Source of the DNA: an uncultured virus (IMG/VR IMGVR_UViG_3300009164_000062)
Lineage: Duplodnaviria; Heunggongvirae; Uroviricota; Caudoviricetes
Length of the DNA stretch: 64,000 nt
Virus record (IMG/VR): IMGVR_UViG_3300009164_000062
Reading direction: 5' to 3' (one strand)
A program made the position numbers and the translations under genes. This document shows, one piece after another, positions 50,223-59,485 of the stretch (its first letter is position 1; each line of letters begins with the position of its first letter). The notes beneath the pieces were generated by a model. It saw only the letters and a program-made list of their open reading frames with translations, had not been told where the DNA came from and ran no database searches.

Positions 50223-50586
50223 AGAATTAGACCTTGGCGCAATGTTGTTTGAATATTCTAAAACTATTGAACCTAAATTACCCGTTCCCACGGAATTTAG
50301 GTTGTATTACAGTGAGGATGGTAGTATAATAACTTATTCATGTGAGGAAATTGAGGGTAATTATATTGTCATTGACGCTGAAACATTTGCTATAGGTAGG
50401 CAAGATATAAAAATAATGGACGGGAAGATTCAAGTTATGGAACCTACATTTATAGTAACTAAGTTAGTTGAAGCAGACAATGGAATTTCCTGTGCAGCCG
50501 AAGATATTAGTATTCCGGTTTCTGATGACCATGAAGGTGATAGCAAGAAATGGGAAATAAAACAAGATGAGTTCAAGTTTAATTGA
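50212..50586 (+). CDS. Hypothetical protein
   Basis: 124 aa acidic, FRLYY..DG.I..YS; overlaps both neighbours. Confidence 0.65.
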   Translation: MENEELDLGAMLFEYSKTIEPKLPVPTEFRLYYSEDGSIITYSCEEIEGNYIVIDAETFAIGRQDIKIMDGKIQVMEPTFIVTKLVEADNGISCAAEDISIPVSDDHEGDSKKWEIKQDEFKFN

Positions 50587-51514
50587 TGTAGCAGATTTAG
50601 ATTGTATTTACCTAAGTTATGACGAGCCACAAAAAGAAGAATTCTGGTTAAAAATTAAAAATATGGTGCCATGGGCACGTAGAGTAGACGGAGTTAAAGG
50701 TAGTGACGCCGCACATAAGGCAGCAGCCGAAGCAAGTGATACTGAACGTTTCATATTGATTGACGGGGACAACATGCCTAACATGGAGTTCTTCAATCTT
50801 ACCCTAGACTTCACAGACAAGCACGAAGATTACAAAAAAGCACAATATCGTTGGAGAGCAGTTAATGCTATCAACGGGTTGCGCTATGGAAACGGCGGCA
50901 TGAGTAGTTGGACAAAAGAGTACGTAATGAACATGCGTACACACGAAGCAAGTGATGGTAATGATACTCATACAGTTGACTTTTGTTTAGACTATAACAA
51001 CAGTTTGTATTGGAGTATGTACGATTGTTACAGCACAACTCACCCTAACGGTACACCTTTTCAAGCATGGCGCGCCGGATTTCGTGAGGGTGTAAAAATG
51101 TGTTTAGTCAACGGACGCAAACCTGAGATAGAAGAATTCAAACGCAATGTATCCGGTCGTAATTTCAATCACTTAACTATTTGGCACAATGTAGGTGCTG
51201 ATGTAGAGAACGGAGAATGGGCTATTTTAGGAGCACGTATGGGAACATATATGACTATGTTAACAGATTGGAATAGCAAACAAGTCCAATGGTTCGATAA
51301 CTACCCGTCAATGTGGGAAGAATGTAAAGATAAAGATCCTGTACGTGAATCTGCTTTGTTTGGAGTCTCATTAAGTGATAAGCTAGGCTTACCAATGTGT
51401 ACATTAGACGAATACCAAAGTAAATTTTTTAAGCGTCATTATAATAGTGACAAACACAATCTAGGTCCTCTAGTGCGTGAGATAGATGTAATACGAAAAA
51501 TAGAAGGTTGGTAA
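50567..51514 (+). CDS. Putative glycosyltransferase (GT2-like)
   Basis: YLSYDEP, RVDGVKGSDAAHKAAA, FILIDGDN (DxD), NGLRYGNGG, AWRAGFREGVK. Confidence 0.65.
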   Translation: MSSSLIDVADLDCIYLSYDEPQKEEFWLKIKNMVPWARRVDGVKGSDAAHKAAAEASDTERFILIDGDNMPNMEFFNLTLDFTDKHEDYKKAQYRWRAVNAINGLRYGNGGMSSWTKEYVMNMRTHEASDGNDTHTVDFCLDYNNSLYWSMYDCYSTTHPNGTPFQAWRAGFREGVKMCLVNGRKPEIEEFKRNVSGRNFNHLTIWHNVGADVENGEWAILGARMGTYMTMLTDWNSKQVQWFDNYPSMWEECKDKDPVRESALFGVSLSDKLGLPMCTLDEYQSKFFKRHYNSDKHNLGPLVREIDVIRKIEGW

Positions 51515-51517
51515 ACA

Positions 51518-52927
51518 ATGGATAATTATAAAAATCATTTAAATAATGTAAAACAAAAACTAGATGAGGTGAGCCCTAGTTTCTGTGTGGCAAAATGGAA
51601 GCAAGTTACAATGCATTTACAGAATGGACATACTCATAGTTGCCATCACCCTAGCACACATCTAGTGCCATTGGATGAGATTGCAGTTAATCCTTCTGCA
51701 CTTCACAATACTAATTTTAAAAAGCAACAACGCAAAATGATGTTAGAAGGAACTCGTCCTAGTGAATGTGACTATTGCTGGAGAGTAGAAGATAATTCTA
51801 CTGACAGTTTTTCGGATAGAGTATATAAAAGTGCAGACCAATGGGCATTTCCTCACGTAGCCGATATCACTAATAAATCATGGGATGATAATGTTGACCC
51901 TAGCTATGTAGAAGTATCATTTGGTAATGTCTGTAACTTCAAATGTAGTTATTGTGCCCCTCATATTAGCAGTCAGTGGATGGAAGAAATCGAACGTCAC
52001 GGTCCATATCCAACTGTCAATAAATTCAATAACTTGAATTGGATCAAAAGTCAAAATATGATGCCTATTGCTAACAAGGATGAAAACCCATACATAGATG
52101 CATTCTGGGCTTGGTGGCCTAAGATGTATTCTAGCCTACATCATTTTAGAATCACCGGCGGAGAACCATTATTAAACAAGAACACTTTCAAAGTGTTAGA
52201 TTATATTATTGCCAACCCTAATCCTAACTTAGAAGTTTCTATTAATACGAACATGAATCCTCCTGATGATTTGTTTGACAAGTTCCTAGAGAAATTGAAA
52301 ATCATTGTTGACGAGAAAAAACTTAAAAAGATTAAGATATTCACTAGTGCTGAGGCGCATGGTAAGCGAAGTGAATATATTAGATTTGGTATGGACTATG
52401 ATAAGTGGCTTAGTAATATTCACAAGACATACGAAACTATACCCACTATTCAGTTTACTGTAATGAGCACCTATAATATTTTAAGTGTGACTAGTTATAT
52501 TGAATTCTTAAATGATATATTACACATTAAACGCAAGTATGGTAAGTCTGATAGCAACAAGACCCCTATGTTGCTAGATATTCCTTATCTAAGATTCCCC
52601 GAACATCAGACTATATTTTTAGCAGACGAGGCTATGCTTCCGTTGATTCACGATCAAGTAACACACATGTATCGTAATCTAGAGTGTAAGAGTTGGGAAG
52701 GCACTGCTAATAAAGGATTTTATGAGCATGAAGCTGACAAACTAAAGCGCATCTATGAAATGGCAAAGAATGCAGTAGAAAACAAAAATGAATTTGTAGA
52801 CTGGAATCGTCACGATTTGGTTAAATTTGTAGATGAACATGACCTTCGTAGGGGAACAAACTTCTTAGAAACTTTTCCTGAAATGGAAAACTTTTATAAC
52901 ATGTGTAAGGAGGCGGCATTATTATGA
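51518..52927 (+). CDS. Radical SAM protein with extra Cys cluster (twitch/SPASM-like)
   Basis: CNFKCSYC (CxxxCxxC), TGGEPLL, NTN; N-terminal C...SCHH...CDYCW. Confidence 0.9.
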   Translation: MDNYKNHLNNVKQKLDEVSPSFCVAKWKQVTMHLQNGHTHSCHHPSTHLVPLDEIAVNPSALHNTNFKKQQRKMMLEGTRPSECDYCWRVEDNSTDSFSDRVYKSADQWAFPHVADITNKSWDDNVDPSYVEVSFGNVCNFKCSYCAPHISSQWMEEIERHGPYPTVNKFNNLNWIKSQNMMPIANKDENPYIDAFWAWWPKMYSSLHHFRITGGEPLLNKNTFKVLDYIIANPNPNLEVSINTNMNPPDDLFDKFLEKLKIIVDEKKLKKIKIFTSAEAHGKRSEYIRFGMDYDKWLSNIHKTYETIPTIQFTVMSTYNILSVTSYIEFLNDILHIKRKYGKSDSNKTPMLLDIPYLRFPEHQTIFLADEAMLPLIHDQVTHMYRNLECKSWEGTANKGFYEHEADKLKRIYEMAKNAVENKNEFVDWNRHDLVKFVDEHDLRRGTNFLETFPEMENFYNMCKEAALL

Positions 52928-53355
52928 AATTTATAGCACATAGAGGTAATATTCTAGGACCAAACGTTGAGTATGAAAATACTCCCGGCTACATACTATC
53001 AGCAATTGATAGTGGGTATGATGTAGAAGTAGATGTATGGTATATTAATGGTAAGATTATGTTAGGTCATGATGAACCTACACATGAAACAACATTAGAC
53101 TTTTTACAACGTGATGAAATTTGGGCACACGCTAAAAATTTACCATCATTAGAATACCTATTAAACAACACTGTTCATTGTTTTTGGCATGAGAATGATG
53201 AGAGAACATTGACTAGCAGAAACTATATTTGGACATACCCTGACAAAGATACTGTACCGAATAGTGTTTTGGTAGTGTTAACTGAACATCTAAATTTAAA
53301 AGATAAAAATATTTACGCAGTATGTGGGGATTATATTGAAACCTGGAAATCTTAA
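52924..53355 (+). CDS. Small GDPD/PLC-like phosphodiesterase-fold protein
   Basis: IAHRGN, ENTP, GYDVEVDVW, LGHD, WAHAKN, IWTYP, VCGDY. Confidence 0.7.
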   Translation: MKFIAHRGNILGPNVEYENTPGYILSAIDSGYDVEVDVWYINGKIMLGHDEPTHETTLDFLQRDEIWAHAKNLPSLEYLLNNTVHCFWHENDERTLTSRNYIWTYPDKDTVPNSVLVVLTEHLNLKDKNIYAVCGDYIETWKS

Positions 53356-54094
53356 AATAGCATTATGCTTCAGTGGTCAGCCTAGGACTTGGAGAAAATG
53401 TATTGAATCTTGGAAGCAACATGTTATCCAGAATAATAATGTTGACATATTTTGTCACCTTTGGGACTATAATTCTATACCAAACTCAATAGCAGATGGT
53501 CCTGCTGATACTTGGTTATCCCCCGAAGGTGATTTGGCTGAGTTAATTGGTATACTAAATCCAAAAAAATATATAATAGAACCGGCAAAAACTTTCGTTC
53601 CCATCAGAAAAAATCAGCCTATTGTTTTTTCTAACTTTTTAAGTCAGTACTATGGTATCATGTCAAGTGCTAGAATAAAAAGAGAATACGAAATTGAAAA
53701 CATGATTCAATATGATATAGTAATAAGAATGAGATATGATGCATTCTTTACGGCTCCTGTAATATATAACCAACATCCGAGTGTTATAGAAGATAACTCA
53801 ATGTACTGTTTTCACGTTGGTTGGGATCATCTTACCAATAGCGGTCGTTTAGGGGATATATTTTGGTATTCTGATTCACAGACTTATGATATCCTTGCTG
53901 ATTATTATTTAAACATACATACTATAAAATTGAAATATAGCTTTAATAGGAAACCTGATATGCACCAATTATTTTTTCACTACGCTAAAAAGAATAATAT
54001 CAAGTTAATTGTAAATCATTGGGATATCAAATTATTCCGTGAGTCAGCCGAACTAGCATTTTCCAAGGGCAAAGATGGATTCGAAATCTGGTAA
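53324..54094 (+). CDS. Putative glycosyltransferase-like protein
   Basis: KIALCFSGQPR, DIFCHLW, YDIVIRMRYD, D.FWY. Confidence 0.55.
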   Translation: MGIILKPGNLKIALCFSGQPRTWRKCIESWKQHVIQNNNVDIFCHLWDYNSIPNSIADGPADTWLSPEGDLAELIGILNPKKYIIEPAKTFVPIRKNQPIVFSNFLSQYYGIMSSARIKREYEIENMIQYDIVIRMRYDAFFTAPVIYNQHPSVIEDNSMYCFHVGWDHLTNSGRLGDIFWYSDSQTYDILADYYLNIHTIKLKYSFNRKPDMHQLFFHYAKKNNIKLIVNHWDIKLFRESAELAFSKGKDGFEIW

Positions 54095-54812
54095 AATTGC
54101 AATATGTATTAGTGGATTACTTAGAACGGGGATAAAAGCACATCCTTGTTTTAAAAATTTCTTTGGCGATTTAAATGCAGATATATTCTATCATACATGG
54201 GGATTGGATGACGAAACGCATAGAACAGTCAACGACCTATATAAGCCTACTAGTTATATCAACCAACAACCATTTGAATTGAATTCAATGGGGTCATTTG
54301 GAAACATGTTTTATAGCATAATGATGGCAAATGAATTGAAGAAGAAACATGAAATAAAAAATAACTTTCGGTATGACTTAGTAATCAAAACTAGGTTTGA
54401 TTTAGTTTTTCCAGAATTTAATAAATTTAGTAACTCAAAAATCGATCCTAGAACAATTTACAGTTCAGGTGGAGACAACGGAATCAATCATACTGATTAT
54501 GAACATCACGGAATAGCTGATTTAATTTTTTGGGGTGATAGTGAATCTATGGATATTGCTACTAATACGTTTATGTATTATAAGCATAAAGCATTACCCA
54601 ATAATCAGTTACTAATATCTGGTGTTAAATTTGATCCTGAGTCTAGTTTCTATAGTCCGGGTAATATGATTTATAATAGATGTATTATGCAAAATATTCA
54701 TGTAGTTAAGTTTGCTGCCTGGCTTGGTGAAGTGCCGTGGCGAGATGACGTAAGTGATTTAGATCCTTTTCGGGATTATACTTTAATAAGAGAAAGATAT
54801 CAAAGATTATGA
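54075..54812 (+). CDS. Putative glycosyltransferase-like protein (paralogue of the upstream gene)
   Basis: KIAICISGLLR, DIFYHTW, MFYSI..AN.LK, YDLVIKTRFD, DLIFWG. Confidence 0.55.
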   Translation: MDSKSGKIAICISGLLRTGIKAHPCFKNFFGDLNADIFYHTWGLDDETHRTVNDLYKPTSYINQQPFELNSMGSFGNMFYSIMMANELKKKHEIKNNFRYDLVIKTRFDLVFPEFNKFSNSKIDPRTIYSSGGDNGINHTDYEHHGIADLIFWGDSESMDIATNTFMYYKHKALPNNQLLISGVKFDPESSFYSPGNMIYNRCIMQNIHVVKFAAWLGEVPWRDDVSDLDPFRDYTLIRERYQRL

Positions 54813-55609
54813 AAAAACTAGTAGTAGTGGGAGATAGTTGGACATACGGTAGTGAGATGAAAGATCCAACACTTCCTACCACTGTCAATGACTGGGACGC
54901 AGAAAATGATACATATCGGAGTACTAGAATATGGCCTACAAAACTTGGTAATATGTTTGGGACCTCAGACGTAGTTAATCTAAGCTATCCTGCAGGTAGC
55001 AATGATAGAAGTGTTAGACTTTTAGTAGGATGGTTGACACAAGAATATCTAAGTAAAGGTAAAGATACAAGCGAATTATTTGTTGTAGTAGGGTTGACCA
55101 GTCCGGAACGAAAAGACTTCTTTTATGTAGATGAAAAAATACGTAACTGGATTACTATATGGCCAATGTGGTCACATGATTACATGCAAGAACCACTGCG
55201 TAGATTTGGTAGATTATATGCTGAATATTTTTGGAATGTAGAAGAATCTACACACAGATATCTGCAACAAATTTTCTATCTACAAACATTATTCAAACAT
55301 TATAATATTAAATTTTTGTTCTTTCAAGCATTCTATCAACGCCAAGATATGCATATTAAACAATGGACTGATGATCCTTATGCTAGACATTATCAAAGTC
55401 AACCGGATGGAATGGTATGGGACCTTATTGATGAAAAAACTTTTATGCATAAGAATGATGAGATCCATAGTTTTCACAACTATATTACAAGCCATGATCC
55501 TGATCCTGAAAAGAAATCAGTTATTCTAAATATGCATCCCAGTGAGTTAGGACACACACTGTGGGCAGAGCATATGAGAGATTATATTACGGAGAATAAT
55601 TTATGGTAA
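54809..55609 (+). CDS. SGNH/GDSL-like hydrolase or acyltransferase
   Basis: VGDSWTYG, NLS..AGSNDR, C-terminal HPSELGH..WA. Confidence 0.65.
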   Translation: MKKLVVVGDSWTYGSEMKDPTLPTTVNDWDAENDTYRSTRIWPTKLGNMFGTSDVVNLSYPAGSNDRSVRLLVGWLTQEYLSKGKDTSELFVVVGLTSPERKDFFYVDEKIRNWITIWPMWSHDYMQEPLRRFGRLYAEYFWNVEESTHRYLQQIFYLQTLFKHYNIKFLFFQAFYQRQDMHIKQWTDDPYARHYQSQPDGMVWDLIDEKTFMHKNDEIHSFHNYITSHDPDPEKKSVILNMHPSELGHTLWAEHMRDYITENNLW

Positions 55610-56379
55610 CACACATTGCAATATGCGGAGATAGTTTTGGCGTAGGTACTGGATTACCTGATGATAGATGTTTTGAAGATAGTTTCGGTGGAGTCGTTGC
55701 AAGTCATTTTGATTTACCTTTAAAAGTATATGCACGTGCAGGCTGTTGTAATTTTGTAATTTATCTTCAAGTAAAAAAGATTATAGAACAAATTCGCCGC
55801 GATCCATCTTATAAACCGTTAGTGGTAATCACTACTACATTCCATGAAAGATTAATTTTTCCATTAGATGACGGTACAAAATATAAAAAGCCAAACTTGT
55901 CAGATGTTGAATATAAATCATATATTCCATACCATGGTACAACACCTACTAACGGTAGAGAATTAGCATTTGGATCAAACGATGCAAGATTGATATCCGA
56001 AACAATCTCAAATATTAATTACTTTCAATGTGGAAAGGCACCGGGCATTGCTAAACTATTTGAAAAAGTTAATAAATCAAAATTTGAAGCAATCAAGTAT
56101 TATTATACCGAATTATTTGACACTGGTGTTAAAGGTGAGTATGATCAAGCATTAATAATTACGATGCATTTTTTGCTGAAAAAATTTAACATACCGCATA
56201 TGATTATGGGTTTCCCATCATTAGAACTTACTTATATTGAAAACTTCATGCCAAATGAATGGGGATATTATACAAGATTATATCCTGATACTATGGGTAG
56301 TTCACATTGTAATGAAGAGGGCAATAGGCTCGTAGGTGAAAATGTTATTAACTTTATTAAAGAACATCACTTGATATGA
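55603..56379 (+). CDS. SGNH/GDSL-like protein (second copy)
   Basis: CGDSFGVG, ARAGCCN, C-terminal D...SSHCNEEGN. Confidence 0.6.
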   Translation: MVTHIAICGDSFGVGTGLPDDRCFEDSFGGVVASHFDLPLKVYARAGCCNFVIYLQVKKIIEQIRRDPSYKPLVVITTTFHERLIFPLDDGTKYKKPNLSDVEYKSYIPYHGTTPTNGRELAFGSNDARLISETISNINYFQCGKAPGIAKLFEKVNKSKFEAIKYYYTELFDTGVKGEYDQALIITMHFLLKKFNIPHMIMGFPSLELTYIENFMPNEWGYYTRLYPDTMGSSHCNEEGNRLVGENVINFIKEHHLI

Positions 56380-57104
56380 ATATATTGTTTGGATTATGTG
56401 GCGCGGGTAAACGTTTTCGTGATGTGGGTTATACTATACCTAAATACATCATTGATGTTAATGGATCTCCCATGATTGAACATGCAGTAAAGACTTTAAA
56501 AATTTTGGGCGATGTATTTTTTATTGTATTGAAAGAACACATAGATCAATACCCGCAAATTAAAGATATATTGTCACCTATGGGTACTATCATAGTTAGC
56601 GAATTTACTACCCAGGGCGCCGCGCAAACATTGTTACTAGCCAAAGATTATATTGATTTAACTAAGCCCTTGATATCAGTTAACGGAGATCAATATTTAG
56701 ATTGGGACTCTAGTTGCTTTAATTCAATGCTATGCGATTATCCTAATACTTCATATATTTTAACATACAAGGAAAATGATACTAAGTGCAGTTATATTAA
56801 AAAAAATGAAAAAGGTGATATTATTGAAGTTAGAGAGAAACAAGTTATAAGCAATGACGCAACTGTAGGAGTGTATCATTGGGCAAAAGCATCTGATTTC
56901 TTTACGGATGCGGAAACAATGATTGCAGAAGATCACAAAGAGAATGGTGAATACTATGTTGCACCAGTTTATAATTATTCGATAAAGCGTGGGCTAAAAG
57001 TAAAAAATTATGAATTGCATAGTAAAGAGTTCTGGCCAATTGGCACACCAAAAGATTTAGAAAACTTTATTAACCGTAATGCCTATATGAATTTTGGAAA
57101 ATAG
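56376..57104 (+). CDS. Sugar-phosphate nucleotidyltransferase (NTP_transferase family)
   Basis: GAGKRF...GY..PK..I.V.G.PMI, TQGAAQT, NGDQ, EVREK..IS..AT.G.Y.W, NGEYYVAPVYN, GTP.DL. Confidence 0.82.
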   Translation: MNILFGLCGAGKRFRDVGYTIPKYIIDVNGSPMIEHAVKTLKILGDVFFIVLKEHIDQYPQIKDILSPMGTIIVSEFTTQGAAQTLLLAKDYIDLTKPLISVNGDQYLDWDSSCFNSMLCDYPNTSYILTYKENDTKCSYIKKNEKGDIIEVREKQVISNDATVGVYHWAKASDFFTDAETMIAEDHKENGEYYVAPVYNYSIKRGLKVKNYELHSKEFWPIGTPKDLENFINRNAYMNFGK

Positions 57105-57106
57105 AT

Positions 57107-57433
57107 ATGAAAATAGCACACATAGAACAATTCACAAAGGGTTGGTTTGTTGGTAACTTTGATCCTAGCTTGTTGAAAGCTGATTTTGAAGTAGGACTAC
57201 ATCAACACAAAGCCGGAGAATTCCACCAAGATCATTTTCATAAATTAGGTACAGAGATTAATGTTATAATAGAAGGTCACTTACTATTAAACGGAAATGA
57301 GTTCGGCCCGGGTGAAATTTTTGTATTAGAGCCATACGAAATTAGTCAAGTAGAGTATCTAACAGATGTTAAATTAATCGTAGTTAGAGATATTAGCGAT
57401 CCTAATGACAAATATGAAGTAGAAATAAAATGA
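57107..57433 (+). CDS. Cupin-fold protein (possible epimerase/isomerase)
   Basis: KGWFVGNF.P, H.H....E...IIEG...G.IF...P.E. Confidence 0.75.
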   Translation: MKIAHIEQFTKGWFVGNFDPSLLKADFEVGLHQHKAGEFHQDHFHKLGTEINVIIEGHLLLNGNEFGPGEIFVLEPYEISQVEYLTDVKLIVVRDISDPNDKYEVEIK

Positions 57434-58548
57434 ACATTTATATCAATGAGATACCCACAGACCATATTAAAGTAACATATCAAGTTACCTCTACTAAAAA
57501 TCTATCTATTGCGGCAGAGGCAATTGCTATAGGACAGAGTATCGGCAATCCATCTGTGCGAAATGAGTTTGAATCACCTGAATTAGTTAGTAATCATTCT
57601 GCTAAAATATTAGGAGATAAAAATGAATGGTCTAAAATAACTGATGGTGAAATAATTATTGGTTATCCGTTAGTAAATATTGATTGGGATGAAGATGGTG
57701 TATCACAACTACTTTGTATGATTCAAGGTGGACAGCTTGACATAGATCATGTAGTTAAGTGTAGAGTAACCGACATTGATATAACTAATTTGCCTATGCT
57801 TAAGCCAAAGTTTGGTCTTTCGGGTATAAGAGAATTAACTAAAACATATGATCGACCTTTATTAGGATGTATATTAAAACCTAAGACAGGACTACGCCCT
57901 AAAGAACTATCATTATTAGTTAAGGAAATGATTGATGGTGGGGCTAACATTATTAAAGAAGATGAAATTTTAGGATCACCCTCATACTGCAATTTAGAAT
58001 CACGCTTACCCTACATTAGAGATATTATACAAGATAAGAATGTAGTTTATCTTACTTGCATTAACAGCAATCCAGACAAACTTATAGAAAAGACTAATAC
58101 TGTTAAGATGCTAGGGGTTAATGGTATACATATTAATATCTGGAGTGGTTTAGGTAGTTATGCCGCTGTTCGAAATAAAAATTATCCACTAGTCATGCAT
58201 TACCAAAAGAGTGGTGATAAGATTTTAACCAATATACATAATCCATATGGTATCGATTGGATAGTTCTATGCAAGTTAGCAATCATTAGTGGTATCGATA
58301 CTATACATGCCGGAATGTGGGGCGGATACTTAAGTGATGATCCTGTGTACCTTAAAAATATTATGGACACATTAACTAGTCACAATGTAGTCCCTGCATT
58401 GAGTTGTGGAATGAATGCAACATTAATACCACAAGTTACCGATAAGTTTGGTGTTGATTACTTAGCGAATGTAGGCGGGGCATGTCACACACATCCTGAT
58501 GGAATTAAGGCTGCTGTACGGGAATTACGAAATGCCATCGACAGATAA
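57430..58548 (+). CDS. RuBisCO-like protein (form IV RLP)
   Basis: PKFGLSGIR...RPLLGCILKPKTGL, GGANIIKEDE (carbamylation Lys motif), HYQKSG, DTIHAG, PALSCGM, NVGGACHTHPDGIKAAV. Confidence 0.9.
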   Translation: MNIYINEIPTDHIKVTYQVTSTKNLSIAAEAIAIGQSIGNPSVRNEFESPELVSNHSAKILGDKNEWSKITDGEIIIGYPLVNIDWDEDGVSQLLCMIQGGQLDIDHVVKCRVTDIDITNLPMLKPKFGLSGIRELTKTYDRPLLGCILKPKTGLRPKELSLLVKEMIDGGANIIKEDEILGSPSYCNLESRLPYIRDIIQDKNVVYLTCINSNPDKLIEKTNTVKMLGVNGIHINIWSGLGSYAAVRNKNYPLVMHYQKSGDKILTNIHNPYGIDWIVLCKLAIISGIDTIHAGMWGGYLSDDPVYLKNIMDTLTSHNVVPALSCGMNATLIPQVTDKFGVDYLANVGGACHTHPDGIKAAVRELRNAIDR

Positions 58549-59485
58549 CATCACAATACTTAAAGGCGGTTCTTTAAATTCAACATGTCTACATGAAAAC
58601 TCTATGGGTAAGTTTGTTAGAAAAAAAATAGCTACAGATAAGAATAGAGAATATGGATATGTTCGATGGTATAGTCAGCTAAAGAAATTACAACGTTATA
58701 ATAGTATGTTTCCTGGATTTGTTCCAAAGGTCTTGGATGCAGGAGTTAATGATAATGAAGCATACTTTGATATTGAATATATTGATGGTATAGATATTAA
58801 AACTTTGTTTAAGAATAATCTAATAGATGATGTAGAAAAGTTGAATCAATCATTATGGGAAGCGTTTGACTTGATACATCATAGGTCATATAGTCCACTG
58901 CGTAGTTCTCTTATGCTTTACTTTATGGAAGAAGTAGAACAGAAACTACATGATGCACTAGAGTTCCCAGAGTTCAGAGACTTTTACATGATGGATGTAT
59001 ATGAGTATAGGGGTGAAACATTTAGGGGCATGATCGGACAGCACGATAAGTTCAAAAAACTATTCAATAGAGATATTACTAGTGAAGGCTATGTCCACGG
59101 CAATCCCACACTTGAAAACATACTATACAATACTGATACAAACAAAATAACCTTTATTGATTTATATGAAGAAGGGATAGTTGATAGTAGATATTCAGAT
59201 TATAGTCAGGTGTTACAATGCAGTAATAGTCACTATGGATTGATAAATGATTCAATAGTAACAATTAATGATAATCAGATTATGTCCAATTATATTATAC
59301 CAAATAAATTAGCAGAGTTCAATTCGTTGTTTATAGAAAATATTGAAGATAACACATCGTTGGTAATGCTATTTGAGGCTACCCAATATTTTAGAATGTT
59401 ACCGTTTAAGTGTCATAGTGGTAACATATCTCACGCTAAGTTTTTTTATGGGTATGGATGCTATCTAGTAAATAAATTACTATGA
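58532..59485 (+). CDS. Aminoglycoside/choline phosphotransferase-fold kinase-like protein
   Basis: LKGGSLNST...FVRK, P.V....FDIEYIDG, HGNPTLENILY, FIDL; start set at ATG 58532. Confidence 0.7.
   Translation: MPSTDNITILKGGSLNSTCLHENSMGKFVRKKIATDKNREYGYVRWYSQLKKLQRYNSMFPGFVPKVLDAGVNDNEAYFDIEYIDGIDIKTLFKNNLIDDVEKLNQSLWEAFDLIHHRSYSPLRSSLMLYFMEEVEQKLHDALEFPEFRDFYMMDVYEYRGETFRGMIGQHDKFKKLFNRDITSEGYVHGNPTLENILYNTDTNKITFIDLYEEGIVDSRYSDYSQVLQCSNSHYGLINDSIVTINDNQIMSNYIIPNKLAEFNSLFIENIEDNTSLVMLFEATQYFRMLPFKCHSGNISHAKFFYGYGCYLVNKLL

Noticed and set aside
57430..58548. True carbon-fixing RuBisCO as an auxiliary metabolic gene
   Set aside because: Equivalents of E60, N123 and K334 appear absent; no small subunit or phosphoribulokinase nearby; context is glycan biosynthesis
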